DNA of 64,000 nt from Eledone cirrhosa (Eukaryota). The translations under genes and the position numbers were made by a program. Positions 14,401 through 27,816 of the stretch are shown piece by piece. The stretch covers positions 335,668,001-335,732,000 of the forward strand of contig OZ024743.1 in the NCBI GenBank assembly GCA_964016885.1, given 5' to 3'. The notes beneath the pieces are model-generated. The model ran no database searches and was not told the origin of the DNA. It worked only from the letters and a program-made list of their open reading frames with translations. How positions within the stretch are numbered: the stretch's first letter is position 1; each line of letters opens with the position of its first letter.

Positions 14401-16273
14401 CAACATGATTGCTATTGTTGTTATTGCTGGTGGTATCAGTGATGATGGGGATGGTAGCTTTGGTGATGTAGCTGGTAGTAACATGATTGCTATTGTTGTT
14501 ATTGCTGGTGGTGTCAGTGATGGTGGGGATGGTAGATATAGTGATGTAGCTGGTAGTAACATGATTGCTATTGTTGTTATTGCTGGTGGTGTCAGTGATG
14601 GTGGGGATGGCAGCTATGGTGATGTAGCTGGTAGTAACATGATTGTTATTGTTGTTATTGCTGGTGGTGTCAGTGATGGTGGGGATGGTAGCTATGGTGA
14701 TGTAGCTGGTAGTAACATGATTGCTATTGTTATTGCTGGTGGTGTCAGTGATGGTGGGGATGGTAGCTATGGTGATGTAGCTGGTAGTAACATGATTGCT
14801 ATTGTTGTTATTGCTGGTGGTGTCAGTGATGTTGGGGATGGTAGCTATGGTGATGTAGCTGGTAGCAACATGATTGCTATTGTTGTTATTGCTGGTCGTG
14901 TCAGTGATGTTGGGGATGGTAGCTATGGTGATGTAGCTGGTAGCAACATGATTGCTATTGTTGTTATTGCTGGTGGTATCAGTGATGGTGGGGTTGGTAG
15001 CTATGGTGATGTAGCTGGTAGCAACATGATTGCTATTGTTGTTATTGCTGGTGGTGTCAGTGATGTTGGGGATGGTAGCTATGGTGATGTAGCTGGTAGC
15101 AACATGATTGCTATTGTTGTTATTGCTGGTGGTATCAGTGATGGTGGGGTTGGTATCTATTGTGATGTAGCTGGTAGTAACATGATTGCTATTGTTGTTA
15201 TTGCTGGTGGTGTCAGTGATGGTGGGGATGGTAGCTATGGTGATGTAGCTGGTAGTAACATGATTGTTATTGTTGTTATTGCTGGTGGTGTCAGTGATTG
15301 TGGGGATGGTAGCTATGGTGATGTAGCTGGTAGCAACATGATTGCTATTGTTGTTATTGCTGGTGGTGTCAGTGATGGTGGGGATGGTAGCTATGGTGAT
15401 GTAGCTGCTAGCAACATGATTGCTATTGTTGTTATTGCTGGTGGTGTCAGTGATGGTGGGGATGGTAGCTATGGTGTTGTAGCTGGTAGTAACATGATTG
15501 CTATTGTTGTTATTGCTGGTGGTGTCAGTGATGTTGGGGATGGTAGCTATTGTGATGTAGCTGGTAGCAACATGATTGCTATTGTTGTTATTGCTGGTGG
15601 TGTCAGTGATAGTGGGGATGGTAGCTATGGTGATGTAGCTGGTAGTAACATGATTGCTATTGTTGTTATTGCTGGTGGTGTCAGTGACTGTGGGGATGGT
15701 AGCTATGATGATGTAGCTGGTAGTAACAGTATTGCTATTGTTGTTATTGCTGGTGGTGTCAGTGATGGTGGGGATGGTAGCTATGGTGATGTAGCTGCTA
15801 GCAACATGATTGCTATTGTTGTTATTGCTGGTGGTGTCAGTGACTGTGGGGATGGTAGCTATGGTGATGTAGCTGGTAGTAACAGGATTGCTATTGTTGT
15901 TATTGCTGGTGGTGTCAGTGATGGTGGGGATGGTAGCTATGGTGATGTAGCTGCTAGCAACATGATTGCTATTGTTGTTATTGCTGGTGGTATCAGTGAT
16001 GATGGGGATGGTAGCTTTGGTGATGTAGCTGGTAGTAACATGATTGCTATTGTTGTTATTGCTGGTGGTGTCAGTGATGGTGGGGATGGTAGATATAGTG
16101 ATGTAGCTGGTAGTAACATGATTGCTATTGTTGTTATTGCTGGTGGTGTCAGTGATGGTGGGGATGGCAGCTATGGTGATGTAGCTGGTAGTAACATGAT
16201 TGTTATTGTTGTTATTGCTGGTGGTGTCAGTGATGGTGGGGATGGTAGCTATGGTGATGTAGCTGGTAGTAAC
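10667..16273. repeat. 1557-bp (20-monomer) higher-order repeat: three full copies (10667, 12224, 14717) plus a partial copy (~13937-14716)
   Basis: 75-bp monomers start at 10667, 12224 and 14717. Identical 60-aa minus-strand marker ORFs lie at 11887, 13444, 14380 and 15937 (offsets 1557, 936, 1557). Confidence 0.92.
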
Positions 16274-17111
16274 ATGATTGCTATTGTTGTTATTGCTGGT
16301 GGTGTCAGTGATGGTGGGGATGGTAGCTATGGTGATGTAGCTGCTAGGAACATGATTGCTATTGTTGTTATTGCTGGTGGTATCAGTGATGGTGGGGATG
16401 GTAGCTATGGTGATGTAGCTGGTAGTAACATGATTGCTATTGTTGTTATTGCTGGTGGTGTCAGTGATGGTGGGGATGGTAGCTATGGTGATGTAGCTGG
16501 TAGTAACTTGATTGCTATTGTTGTTATTGCTGGTGGTGTCAGTGATGGTGGGGATGGTAGCTAAGGTGATGTAGCTGGTAGTAACATGATTGCTATTGTT
16601 GTTATTGCTGGTGGTGTCAGTGATGGGTGGGATGGTAGCTATGGTGATGTAGCTGCTAGCAACATGATTGCTATTGTTGTTATTGCTGGTGGTGTCAGTG
16701 ATGGTGGGGATGGTTGCTATGGTGATGTAGCTGGTAGTAACATGATTGCTATTGTTGTTATTGCTGGTGGTGTCAGTGATGGTGGGGATGGTAGCTATGG
16801 TGATGTAGCTGCTAGCAACATGATTGCTATTGTTGTTATTGCTGGTGGTGACAGTGATGGTGGGGATCGTAGCTATGGTGATGTAGCTGGTAGTAACATG
16901 ATTGCTATTGTTGTTATTGCTGGTGGTGTCAGTGATGGTGGGGATGGTAGATATGGTGATGTAGCTGGTAGTAACATGATTGCTATTGTTGTTATCGCTG
17001 GTGGTGTCAGTGATGGTGGGAATGGTAGCTATGGTGATTGCTATTGTTGTTATTGCTGGTGGTGTCAGTGATAGTGGGGATGGTAGCTAAGGTGATGTAG
17101 CTGGTAGTAAC

Positions 17112-20100
17112 ATGATTGCTATTGTTGTTATTGCTGGTGGTGTCAGTGATGGTGGGGATGGTAGCTATGGTGATGTAGCCGGTAGCAACAGGATTACTAT
17201 TGTTGTTATTGCTGGTGGTGTCAGTGATTGTGGGGATGGTAGCTATGGTGATGTAGCTGCTAGCAACATGATTGCTATTGTTGTTATTGCTGGTGGTGTC
17301 AGTGATGGTGGGGATGGTTGCTATGGTGATGTAGCTGGTAGTAACATGATTGCTATTGTTGTTATTGCTGGTGGTGTCAGTGATGGTGGGGATGGTAGCT
17401 ATGGTGATGTAGCTGCTAGCAACATGATTGCTATTGTTGTTATTGCTGGTGGTGACAGTGATGGTGGGGATCGTAGCTATGGTGATGTAGCTGGTAGTAA
17501 CATGATTGCTATTGTTGTTATTGCTGGTGGTGTCAGTGATGGTGGGGATGGTAGCTATGGTGATGTAGCTGGTAGTAACATGATTGCTATTGTTGTTATT
17601 GCTGGTGGTGTCAGTGATGGTGGGGATGGTAGCTATGGTGATGTAGCTGCTAGCAACATGATTGCTATTGTTGTTATTGCTGGTGGTGTCAGTGATGGTG
17701 GGGATGGTAGCTATGGTGATGTAGCTGCTAGCAACATGATTGCTATTGTTGTTATTGCTGGTGGTGTCAGTGATGGTGGGGATGGTAGCTATGGTGATGT
17801 AGCTGGTTGTAACATGATTGCTATTGTTGTTGTTGCTGGTGGTGTCAGTGATGGTGGGGATGGTAGCTATGGTGATGTAGCTGGTAGTAACTTGATTGCT
17901 ATTGTTGTTATTGCTGGTGGTGTCAGTGATGGTGGGGATGGTAGCTATGGTGATGTAGCTGGTTGTAACATGATTGCTATTGTTGTTATTGCTGGTGGTG
18001 TCAGTGATGGTGGGGATGGTAGCTATGGCGATGTAGATGGTTGTAACATGATTGCTATTGTTGTTGTTGCTGGTGGTGTCAGTGATGGTGGGGATGGTAG
18101 CTATGGTGATGTAGCTGCTAGTAACATGATTGCTATTGTTGTTATTGCTAGTGGTGTCAGTGATGGTGGGGATGGTAGCTATGGTGATGTAGCTGCTAGG
18201 AACATGATTGCTATTGTTGTTATTGCTGGTGATGTCAGTGATGGTGGGGTTGGTAGCTATGGTGATGTAGCTGGTAGTAACATGATTGCTATTGTTATTG
18301 CTGGTGGTGTCAGTGATGGTGGGGATGGTAGCTATGGTGATGTAGCTGGTAGTAACATGATTGCTATTGTTGTTATTGCTGGTGGTGTCAGTGAAGTTGG
18401 GGATGGTAGCTATGGTGATGTAGCTGGTAGCAACATGATTGCTATTGTTGTTATTGCTGGTGGTGTCAGTGATGGTGGGGATGGTAGCTATGGTGATGTA
18501 GCTGGTAGTAACATGATTGCTATTGTTGTTATTGCTGGTGGTGTCAGTGATGGTGGGGATGGTAGCTATGGTGATGTAGCTGGTAGTAACAGGATTGCTA
18601 TTGTTGTTATTGCTGGTGGTGTCAGTGATGGTGGGGATGGTAGCTATGGTGATGTAGCTGCTAGCAACATGATTGCTATTGTTGTTATTGCTGGTGGTGT
18701 CGTGATGGTGGGGATGGTAGCTATGGTGATGTAGCTGGTAGTAACAGGATTGCTGTTGTTGTTATTGCTGGTGGTGTCAGTGATGGTGGGGATGGTAGCT
18801 ATGGTGATGTAGCTGCTAGCAACATGATTGCTATTGTTGTTATTGCTGGTGGTGTCAGTGACTGTGGGGATGGTAGCTATGATGATGTAGCTGGTAGTAA
18901 CAGGATTGCTATTGTTGTTATTGCTGGTGGTGTCAGTGATGGTGGGGATGGTAGCTATGGTGATGTAGCTGCTAGCAACATGATTGCTATTGTTGTTATT
19001 GCTGGTGGTGTCAGTGACTGTGGGGATGGTAGCTATGGTGATGTAGCTGGTAGTAACAGGATTGCTATTGTTGTTATTGCTGGTGGTGTCAGTGATGGTG
19101 GGGATGGTAGCTATGGTGATGTAGCTGCTAGCAACATGATTGCTATTGTTGTTATTGCTGGTGGTATCAGTGATGATGGGGATGGTAGCTTTGGTGATGT
19201 AGCTGGTAGTAACATGATTGCTATTGTTGTTATTGCTGGTGGTGTCAGTGATGGTGGGGATGGTAGATATAGTGATGTAGCTTGTAGTAACATGATTGTT
19301 ATTGTTGTTATTGCTGGTGGTGTCAGTGATGGTGGGGATGGTAGCTATGGTGATGCAGCTGGTAGTAACATGATTGCTATTGTTGTTATTGCTGGTGGTG
19401 TCAGTGATGGTGGGGATGGTAGCTATGGTGATGTAGCTGCTAGGAACATGATTGCTATTGTTGTTATTGCTGGTGGTATCAGTGATGGTGGGGATGGTAG
19501 CTATGGTGATGTAGCTGGTAGTAACATGATTGCTATTGTTGTTATTGCTGGTGGTGTCAGTGATGGTGGGGATGGTAGCTATGGTGATGTAGCTGGTAGT
19601 AACTTGATTGCTATTGTTGTTATTGCTGGTGGTGTCAGTGAAGGTGGGGATGGTAGCTATGGTGATGTAGATGGTAGTAACATGATTGCTATTGTTGTTA
19701 TTGCTGGTGGTGTCAGTGATGGTGGGGATGGTAGCCATGGTGATGTAGCTGGTAGTAACATGATTGCCATTGTTGTTATCGCTGGTGGTGTCAGTGATGG
19801 TGGGGATGGTAGCTATGGTGATGTAGCTGCTAGCAACATGATTGCTATTGTTGTTATTGCTGGTGGTGTCAGTGATGATGGGGATGGTAGCTATGGTGAT
19901 GTAGCTGGTTGTAACATGATTGCTATTGTTGTTGTTGCTGGTGGTGTCAGTGATGGTGGGGATGGTAGCTATGGTGATGTAGCTGCTAGCAACATGATTG
20001 CTATTGTTGTTATTGCTGGTGGTGTCAGTGATGGTGGGGATGGTAGCTATGGTGATGTAGCTGCTAGCAACATGATTGCTATTGTTGTTATTGCTGGTGG

Positions 20101-23100
20101 TGTCAGTGATGGTGGGGATGGTAGCTATGGCGATGTAGATGGTTGTAACATGATTGCTATTGTTGTTGTTGCTGGTGGTGTCAGTGATGGTGGGGATGGT
20201 AGCTATGGTGATGTAGCTGCTAGCAACATGATTGCTATTGTTGTTATTGCTGGTGGTGTCAGTGATGGTGGGGATGGTTGCTATGGTGATGTAGCTGGTA
20301 GTAACATGATTGCTATTGTTGTTATTGCTGGTGGTGTCAGTGATGGTGGGGATGGTAGCTATGGTGATGTAGCTGCTAGCAACATGATTGCTATTGTTGT
20401 TATTGCTGGTGGTGACAGTGATGGTGGGGATCGTAGCTATGGTGATGTAGCTGGTAGTAACATGATTGCTATTGTTGTTATTGCTGGTGGTGTCAGTGAT
20501 GGTGGGGATGGTAGCTATGGTGATGTAGCTGCTAGCAACATGATTGCTATTGTTGTTATTGCTGGTGGTGTCAGTGATGGTGGGGATGGTAGCTATGGTG
20601 ATGTAGCTGGTTGTAACATGATTGCTATTGTTGTTGTTGCTGGTGGTGTCAGTGATGGTGGGGATGGTAGCTATGGTGATGTAGCTGGTAGTAACTTGAT
20701 TGCTATTGTTGTTATTGCTGGTGGTGTCAGTGATGGTGGGGATGGTAGCTATGGCGATGTAGATGGTTGTAACATGATTGCTATTGTTGTTGTTGCTGGT
20801 GGTGTCAGTGATGGTGGGGATGGTAGCTATGGCGATGTAGATGGTTGTAACATGATTGCTATTGTTGTTGTTGCTGGTGGTGTCAGTGATGGTGGGGATG
20901 GTAGCTATGGCGATGTAGATGGTTGTAACATGATTGCTATTGTTGTTATTGCTGGTGGTGTCATTGATGGTGGGGATGGTAGCTATGGTGATGTAGCTGC
21001 TAGCAACATGATTGCTATTGTTGTTATTGCTGGTGGTGTCAGTGATGGTGGGGATGGTAGCTATGGCGATGTAGATGGTTGTAACATGATTGCTATTGTT
21101 GTTGTTGCTGGTGGTGTCAGTGATGGTGGGGATGGTAGCTATGGTGATGTAGCTGCTAGTAACATGATTGCTATTGTTGTTATTGCTGGTGGTGTCAGTG
21201 ATGGTGGGGATGGTAGCTATGGTGATGTAGCTGCTAGGAACATGATTGCTATTGTTGTTATTGCTGGTGATGTCAGTGATGGTGGGGTTGGTAGCTATGG
21301 TGATGTAGCTGGTAGTAACATGATTGCTATTGTTATTGCTGGTGGTGTCAGTGATGGTGGGGATGGTAGCTATGGTGATGTAGCTGGTAGTAACATGATT
21401 GCTATTGTTGTTATTGCTGGTGGTGTCAGTGATGTTGGGGATGGTAGCTATGGTGATGTAGCTGGTAGCAACATGATTGCTATTGTTGTTATTGCTGGTG
21501 GTGTCAGTGATGGTGGGGATGGTAGCTATGGTGATGTAGCTGGTAGTAACATGATTGCTATTGTTGTTATTGCTGGTGGTGTCAGTGATGGTGGGGATGG
21601 TAGCTATGGTGATGTAGCTGGTAGTAACAAGATTGCTATTGTTGTTATTGCTGGTGGTGTCAGTGATGGTGGGGATGGTAGCTATGGTGATGTAGCTGCT
21701 AGCAACATGATTGCTATTGTTGTTATTGCTGGTGGTGTCGTGATGGTGGGGATGGTAGCTATGGTGATGTAGCTGGTAGTAACAGGATTGCTATTGTTGT
21801 TATTGCTGGTTGTGTCAGTGATGGTGGGGATGGTAGCTATGGTGATGTAGCTGCTAGCAACATGATTGCTATTGTTGTTATTGCTGGTGGTGTCAGTGAC
21901 TGTGGGGATGGTAGCTATGATGATGTAGCTGGTAGTAACAGGATTGCTATTGTTGTTATTGCTGGTGGTGTCAGTGATGGTGGGGATGGTAGCTATGGTG
22001 ATGTAGATGCTAGCAACATGATTGCTATTGTTGTTATTGCTGGTGGTGTCAGTGACTGTGGGGATGGTAGCTATGGTGATGTAGCTGGTAGTAACAGGAT
22101 TGCTATTGTTGTTATTGCTGGTGGTGTCAGTGATGGTGGGGATGGTAGCTATGGTGATGTAGCTGCTAGCAACATGATTGCTATTGTTGTTATTGCTGGT
22201 GGTGTCAGTGATGGTGGGGATGGTAGCTATGGTGGTGTAGCTGGTAGTAACATGATTGCTATTGTTGTTATTGCTGGTGGTATCAGTGATGATGGGGATG
22301 GTAGCTTTGGTGATGTAGCTGGTAGTAACATGATTGCTATTGTTGTTATTGCTGGTGGTGTCAGTGATGGTGGGGATGGCAGCTATGGTGATGTAGCTGG
22401 TAGTAACATTATTGTTATTGTTGTTATTGCTGGTGGTGTCAGTGATGGTGGGGATGGTATCTATGGTGATGTAGCTGCTAGGAACATGATTGCTATTGTT
22501 GTTATTGCTGGTGGTATCAGTGATGGTGGGGATGGTAGCTATGGTGATGTAGCTGGTAGTAACATGATTGCTATTGTTGTTATTGCTGGTGGTGTCAGTG
22601 ATGGTGGGGATGGTAGCTATGGTGATGTAGCTGGTAGTAACTTGATTGCTATTGTTGTTATTGCTGGTGGTATCAGTGATGGTGGGGATGGTAGCTATGG
22701 TGATGTAGCTGGTAGTAACATGATTGCTATTGTTGTTATTGCTGGTGGTGTCAGTGATTGTGGGGATGGTAGCTATGGTGATGTAGCTGGTAGTAACATG
22801 ATTGCTATTGTTGTTATTGCTGGTGGTGTCAGTGATGGTGGGGATGGTAGCTATGGTGATGTAGCTGGTAGTAACTTGATTGCTATTGTTGTTATTGCTG
22901 GTGGTGTCAGTGATGGTGGTGATGGTAGCTATGGTGATGTAGCCGGTAGCATCAGGATTACTATTGTTGTTATTGCTGGTGGTGTCAGTGATTGTGGGGA
23001 TGGTAGCTATGGTGATGTAGCTGCTAGCAACATGATTGCTATTGTTGTTATTGCTGGTGGTGTCAGTGATGGTGGGGATGGTTGCTATGGTGATGTAGCT

Positions 23101-25660
23101 GGTAGTAACATGATTGCTATTGTTGTTATTGCTGGTGGTGTCAGTGATGGTGGGGATGGTAGCTATGGTGATGTAGCTGCTAGCAACATGATTGCTATTG
23201 ATGTTATTGCTGGTGGTGACAGTGATGGTGGGGATCGTAGCTATGGTGATGTAGCTGGTAGTAACATGATTGCTATTGTTGTTATTGCTGGTGGTGTCAG
23301 TGAAGGTGGGGATGGTAGCTATGGTGATGTAGATGGTAGTAACATGATTGCCATTGTTGTTATCGCTGGTGGTGTCAGTGATGGTGGGGATGGTAGCTAT
23401 GGTGATGTAGCTGCTAGCAACATGATTGCTATTGTTGTTATTGCTGGTGGTGTCAGTGATGGTGGGGATGGTAGCTATGGTGATGTAGCTGGTTGTAACA
23501 TGATTGCTATTGTTGTTGTTGCTGGTGGTGTCAGTGATGGTGGGGATGGTAGCTATGGTGATGTAGCTGGTAGTAACTTGATTGCTATTGTTGTTATTGC
23601 TGGTGGTGTCAGTGATGGTGGGGATGGTAGCTATGGTGATGTAGCTGCTAGCAACATGATTGCTATTGTTGTTATTGCTGGTGGTGTCAGTGATGGTGGG
23701 GATGGTAGCTATGGCGATGTAGATGGTTGTAACATGATTGCTATTGTTGTTGTTGCTGGTGGTGTCAGTGATGGTGGGGATGGTAGCTATGGTGATGTAG
23801 CTGCTAGTAACATGATTGCTATTGTTGTTATTGCTGGTGGTGTCAGTGATGGTGGGGATGGTAGCTATGGTGATGTAGCTGCTAGGAACATGATTGCTAT
23901 TGTTGTTATTGCTGGTGATGTCAGTGATGGTGGGGTTGGTAGCTATGGTGATGTAGCTGGTAGTAACATGATTGCTATTGTTATTGCTGGTGGTGTCAGT
24001 GATGTTGGGGATGGTAGCTATGGTGATGTAGCTGGTAGCAACATGATTGCTATTGTTGTTATTGCTGGTGGTGTCAGTGATGGTGGGGATGGTAGCTATG
24101 GTGATGTAGCTGGTAGTAACATGATTGCTATTGTTGTTATTGCTGGTGGTGTCAGTGATGGTGGTGATGGTAGCTATGGTGATGTAGCTGGTAGTAACAG
24201 GATTGCTATTGTTGTTATTGCTGGTGGTGTCAGTGATGGTGGGGATGGTAGCTATGGCGATGTAGATGGTTGTAACATGATTGCTATTGTTGTTGTTGCT
24301 GGTGGTGTCAGTGATGGTGGGGATGGTAGCTATGGTGATGTAGCTGCTAGTAACATGATTGCTATTGTTGTTATTGCTGGTGGTGTCAGTGATGGTGGGG
24401 ATGGTAGCTATGGTGATGTAGCTGCTAGGAACATGATTGCTATTGTTGTTATTGCTGGTGATGTCAGTGATGGTGGGGATGGTAGCTATGGTGATGTAGC
24501 TGGTAGTAACATGATTGCTATTGTTGTTATTGCTGGTGGTGTCAGTGATGTTGGGGATGGTAGCTATGGTGATGTAGCTGGTAGCAACATGATTGCTATT
24601 GTTGTTATTGCTGGTGGTGTCAGTGATGGTGGGGATGGTAGCTATGGTGATGTAGCTGGTAGTAACATGATTGCTATTGTTGTTATTGCTGGTGGTGTCA
24701 GTGATGGTGGTGATGGTAGCTATGGTGATGTAGCTGGTAGTAACAGGATTGCTATTGTTGTTATTGCTGGTGGTGTCAGTGATGGTGGGGATGGTAGCTA
24801 TAGTGATGTAGCTGCTAGCAACATGATTGCTATTGTTGTTATTGCTGGTGGTGTCGTGATGGTGGGGATGGTAGCTATGGTGATGTAGCTGCTAGCAACA
24901 TGATTGCTATTGTTGTTATTGCTGGTGGTGTCAGTGACTGTGGGGATGGTAGCTATGATGATGTAGCTGGTAGTAACAGGATTGCTATTGTTGTTATTGC
25001 TGGTGGTGTCAGTGATGGTGGGGGTGGTAGCTATGGTGATGTAGCTGCTAGCAACATGATTGCTATTGTTGTTATTGCTGGTGGTGTCAGTGACTGTGGG
25101 GATGGTAGCTATGGTGATGTAGCTGGTAGTAACAGGATTGCTATTGTTGTTATTGCTGGTGGTGTCAGTGATGGTGGGGATGGTAGCTATGGTGATGTAG
25201 CTGCTAGCAACATGATTGCTATTGTTGTTATTGCTGGTGGTATCAGTGATGATGGGGATGGTAGCTTTGGTGATGTAGCTGGTAGTAACATGATTGCTAT
25301 TGTTGTTATTGCTGGTGGTGTCAGTGATGGTGGGGATGACAGCTATGGTGATGTAGCTGGTAGTAACATGATTGTTATTGTTGTTATTGCTGGTGGTGTC
25401 AGTGATGGTGGGGATGGTAGCTATGGTGATGTAGCTGGTAGTAACATGATTGCTATTGTTGTTATTGCTGGTGGTGTCAGTGATGGTGGGGATGGTAGCT
25501 ATGGTGATGTAGCTGCTAGGAACATGATTGCTATTGTTATTATTGCTGGTGGTATCAGTGATGGTGGGGATGGTAGCTATGGTGATGTAGCTGGTAGTAA
25601 CATGATTGCTATTGTTGTTATTGCTGGTGGTGTCAGTGATGGTGGGGATGGTAGCTAAGG
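17112..25660. repeat. Three diverged ~3.0-3.1 kb (39-40 monomer) higher-order units
   Basis: The identical 1-bp deletion GTC(A)GT occurs at 18701, 21739 and 24855 (offsets 3038, 3116). Each is preceded by AGG-AAC/GAT-GTC monomers and followed by GAC TGT..GAT GAT, AAC AGG and AGC TTT monomers. Confidence 0.85.
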
Positions 25661-27816
25661 TGATGTAGCTGGTAGTAACATGATTGCTATTGTTGTTATT
25701 GCTGGTGGTATCAGTGATGGTGGGGATGGTAGCTATGGTGATGTAGCCGGTAGCAACAGGATTACTATTGTTGTTATTGCTGGTGGTGTCAGTGATTGTG
25801 GGGATGGTAGCTATGGTGATGTAGCTGCTAGCAACATGATTGCTATTATTGTTATTGCTGGTGGTGTCAGTGATGGTGGGGATGGTATCTATGGTGATGT
25901 AGCTGGTAGGAACATGATTGCTATTGTTGTTATTGCTGGTGGTGTCAGTGATGGTGGGGATGGTAGCTATGGTGATGTAGCTGGTAGTAACATGATTGAT
26001 ATTGTTGTTATTGCTGGTGGTGTCAGTGATGGTGGGGATGGTAGCTATGGTGATCTGGCTGGTAGCAACATGATTGCTATTGTTGTTATTGCTGGTGGTG
26101 TCAGTGATGGTGGGGATGGTAGCTATGGTGATGTAGCTGGTAGTAACATGATTGCTATCGTTGTTATTGCTGGTGGTATCAGTGTTGGTGGGGATGGTAG
26201 CTATGGTGATGTAGCTGGTAGTAACATGATTGCTATCGTTGTTATTGCTGGTGGTGTCAATGATGGTGGGGATGGTAGATATGGTGATGTAGCTGGTAGT
26301 AACATGATTGCTATTGTTGTTATTGCTGGTGGTGTCAGTGATGGTGGGGATGGTAGCTATGGTGATGTAGCTGGTAGTAACATGATTGCTATTGTTGTTA
26401 TTGCTGGTGGTGTCAGTGATGGTGGGGATGGTAGCTATGGTGATGTAGCTGGTAGCAACATGATTGCTATTGTTGTTATTGCTGGTGGTGTCAGTGATGG
26501 TGGGGATGGTAGCTATGGTGATGTAGCTGCTAGGAACATGATTGCTATTGTTGTTATTGCTGGTGGTGTTAGTGATGGTGGGGATGGTAGCTATGGTGAT
26601 GTAGCTGGTAGCAACATGATTGCTATTGTTGTTATTGCTGGTGGTGTCAGTGATGGTGGGGATGGTAGCTATGGTGATGTAGCTGGTAGTAACTTGATTG
26701 CTATTGTTGTTATTGCTGGTGGTATCAGTGATGGTGGGGATGGTAGCTATGGTGATGTAGCTGCTAGCAACATGATTGCTATTGTTGTTATTGCTGGTGG
26801 TGTCAGTGATGGTGGGGATGGTAGCTATGGTGATGTAGCTGCTTGTAACATGATTGCTATTGTTGTTGTTGCTGGTGGTGTCAGAGATGGTGAGGATGGT
26901 AGCTATGGTGATGTAGCTGGTAGTAACAGGATTGCTATTGTTGTTATTGCTGGTGGTGTCAGTGATGGTGGGGATGGTAGCTATGGTGATGTAGCTGCTA
27001 GCAACATGATTGCTATTGTTGTTATTGCTGGTGGTGTCAGTGACTGTGGGGATGGTAGCTATGGTGATGTAGCTGGTAGTAACAGGATTGCTATTGTTGT
27101 TATTGCTGGTGGTGTCAGTGATGGTGGGGATGGTAGCTATGGTGATGTAGCTGCTAGCAACATGATTGCTATTGTTGTTATTGCTGGTGGTGTCAGTGAC
27201 TGTGGGGATGGTAGCTATGGTGATGTAGCTGGTAGTAACAGGATTGCTATTGTTGTTATTGCTGGTGGTGTCAGTGATGGTGGGGATGGTAGCTATAGTG
27301 ATGTAGCTGCTAGCAACATGATTGCTATTGTTGTTATTGCTGGTGGTTTCAGTGATGATGGGGATGGTAGCTATGGTGATGTAGCTGGTAGTAACATGAT
27401 TGCTATTGTTGTTATTGCTGGTGGTGTCAGTGATGGTGGGGATGGTAGCTATGGTGATGTAGCTGGTAGTAACATGATTGCTATTGTTGTTATTGCTGGT
27501 GGTGTCAGTGATGGTGGGGATGGTAGCTATGGTGATGTAGCTGGTAGTAACTTGATTGCTATTGTTGTTATTGCTGGTGGTGTCAGTGATGGTTGGGATG
27601 CTAGCGAAGGTGATGTAGCTGGTAGTAACATGATTGTTATTGTTGTTATTGCTGGTGGTGTCAGTGATGGTGGGGATGGTAGCTATGGTGATGTAGCTGG
27701 TAGTAACATGATTGCTATTGTTGTTATTGCTGGTGGTGTCAGTGATGGTGGGGATGGTAGCTATGGTGATGTAGCTGCTAGGAACATGATTGCTATTGTT
27801 GTTATTGCTGGTGGTG

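Larger units (their letters stand above)
1661..17034 (-). other. Third stop-free minus-strand segment (~15 kb) of the 26-aa Thr/Ser-rich repeat; coding status unproven
   Basis: ORF track 1661..10099. The same frame appears open up to the 20-bp deletion at ~17035 and ends after the 1-bp deletion at ~1727. Confidence 0.12.

Noticed and set aside
16621-16632. GAT GGG TGG GAT as a frameshift
   Set aside because: Length is unchanged (T displaced by one within the G-run), so the frame is preserved. It may be a local base-calling artefact.
11887-19293. Five 60-aa minus-strand ORFs (MLLPATSLYLPSPPSLTPPAITT...)
   Set aside because: This frame has a TAG in each consensus monomer. It is open here only because two adjacent variants (AGA TAT, AGC TTT) remove it. 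The ORFs serve only as higher-order repeat markers.
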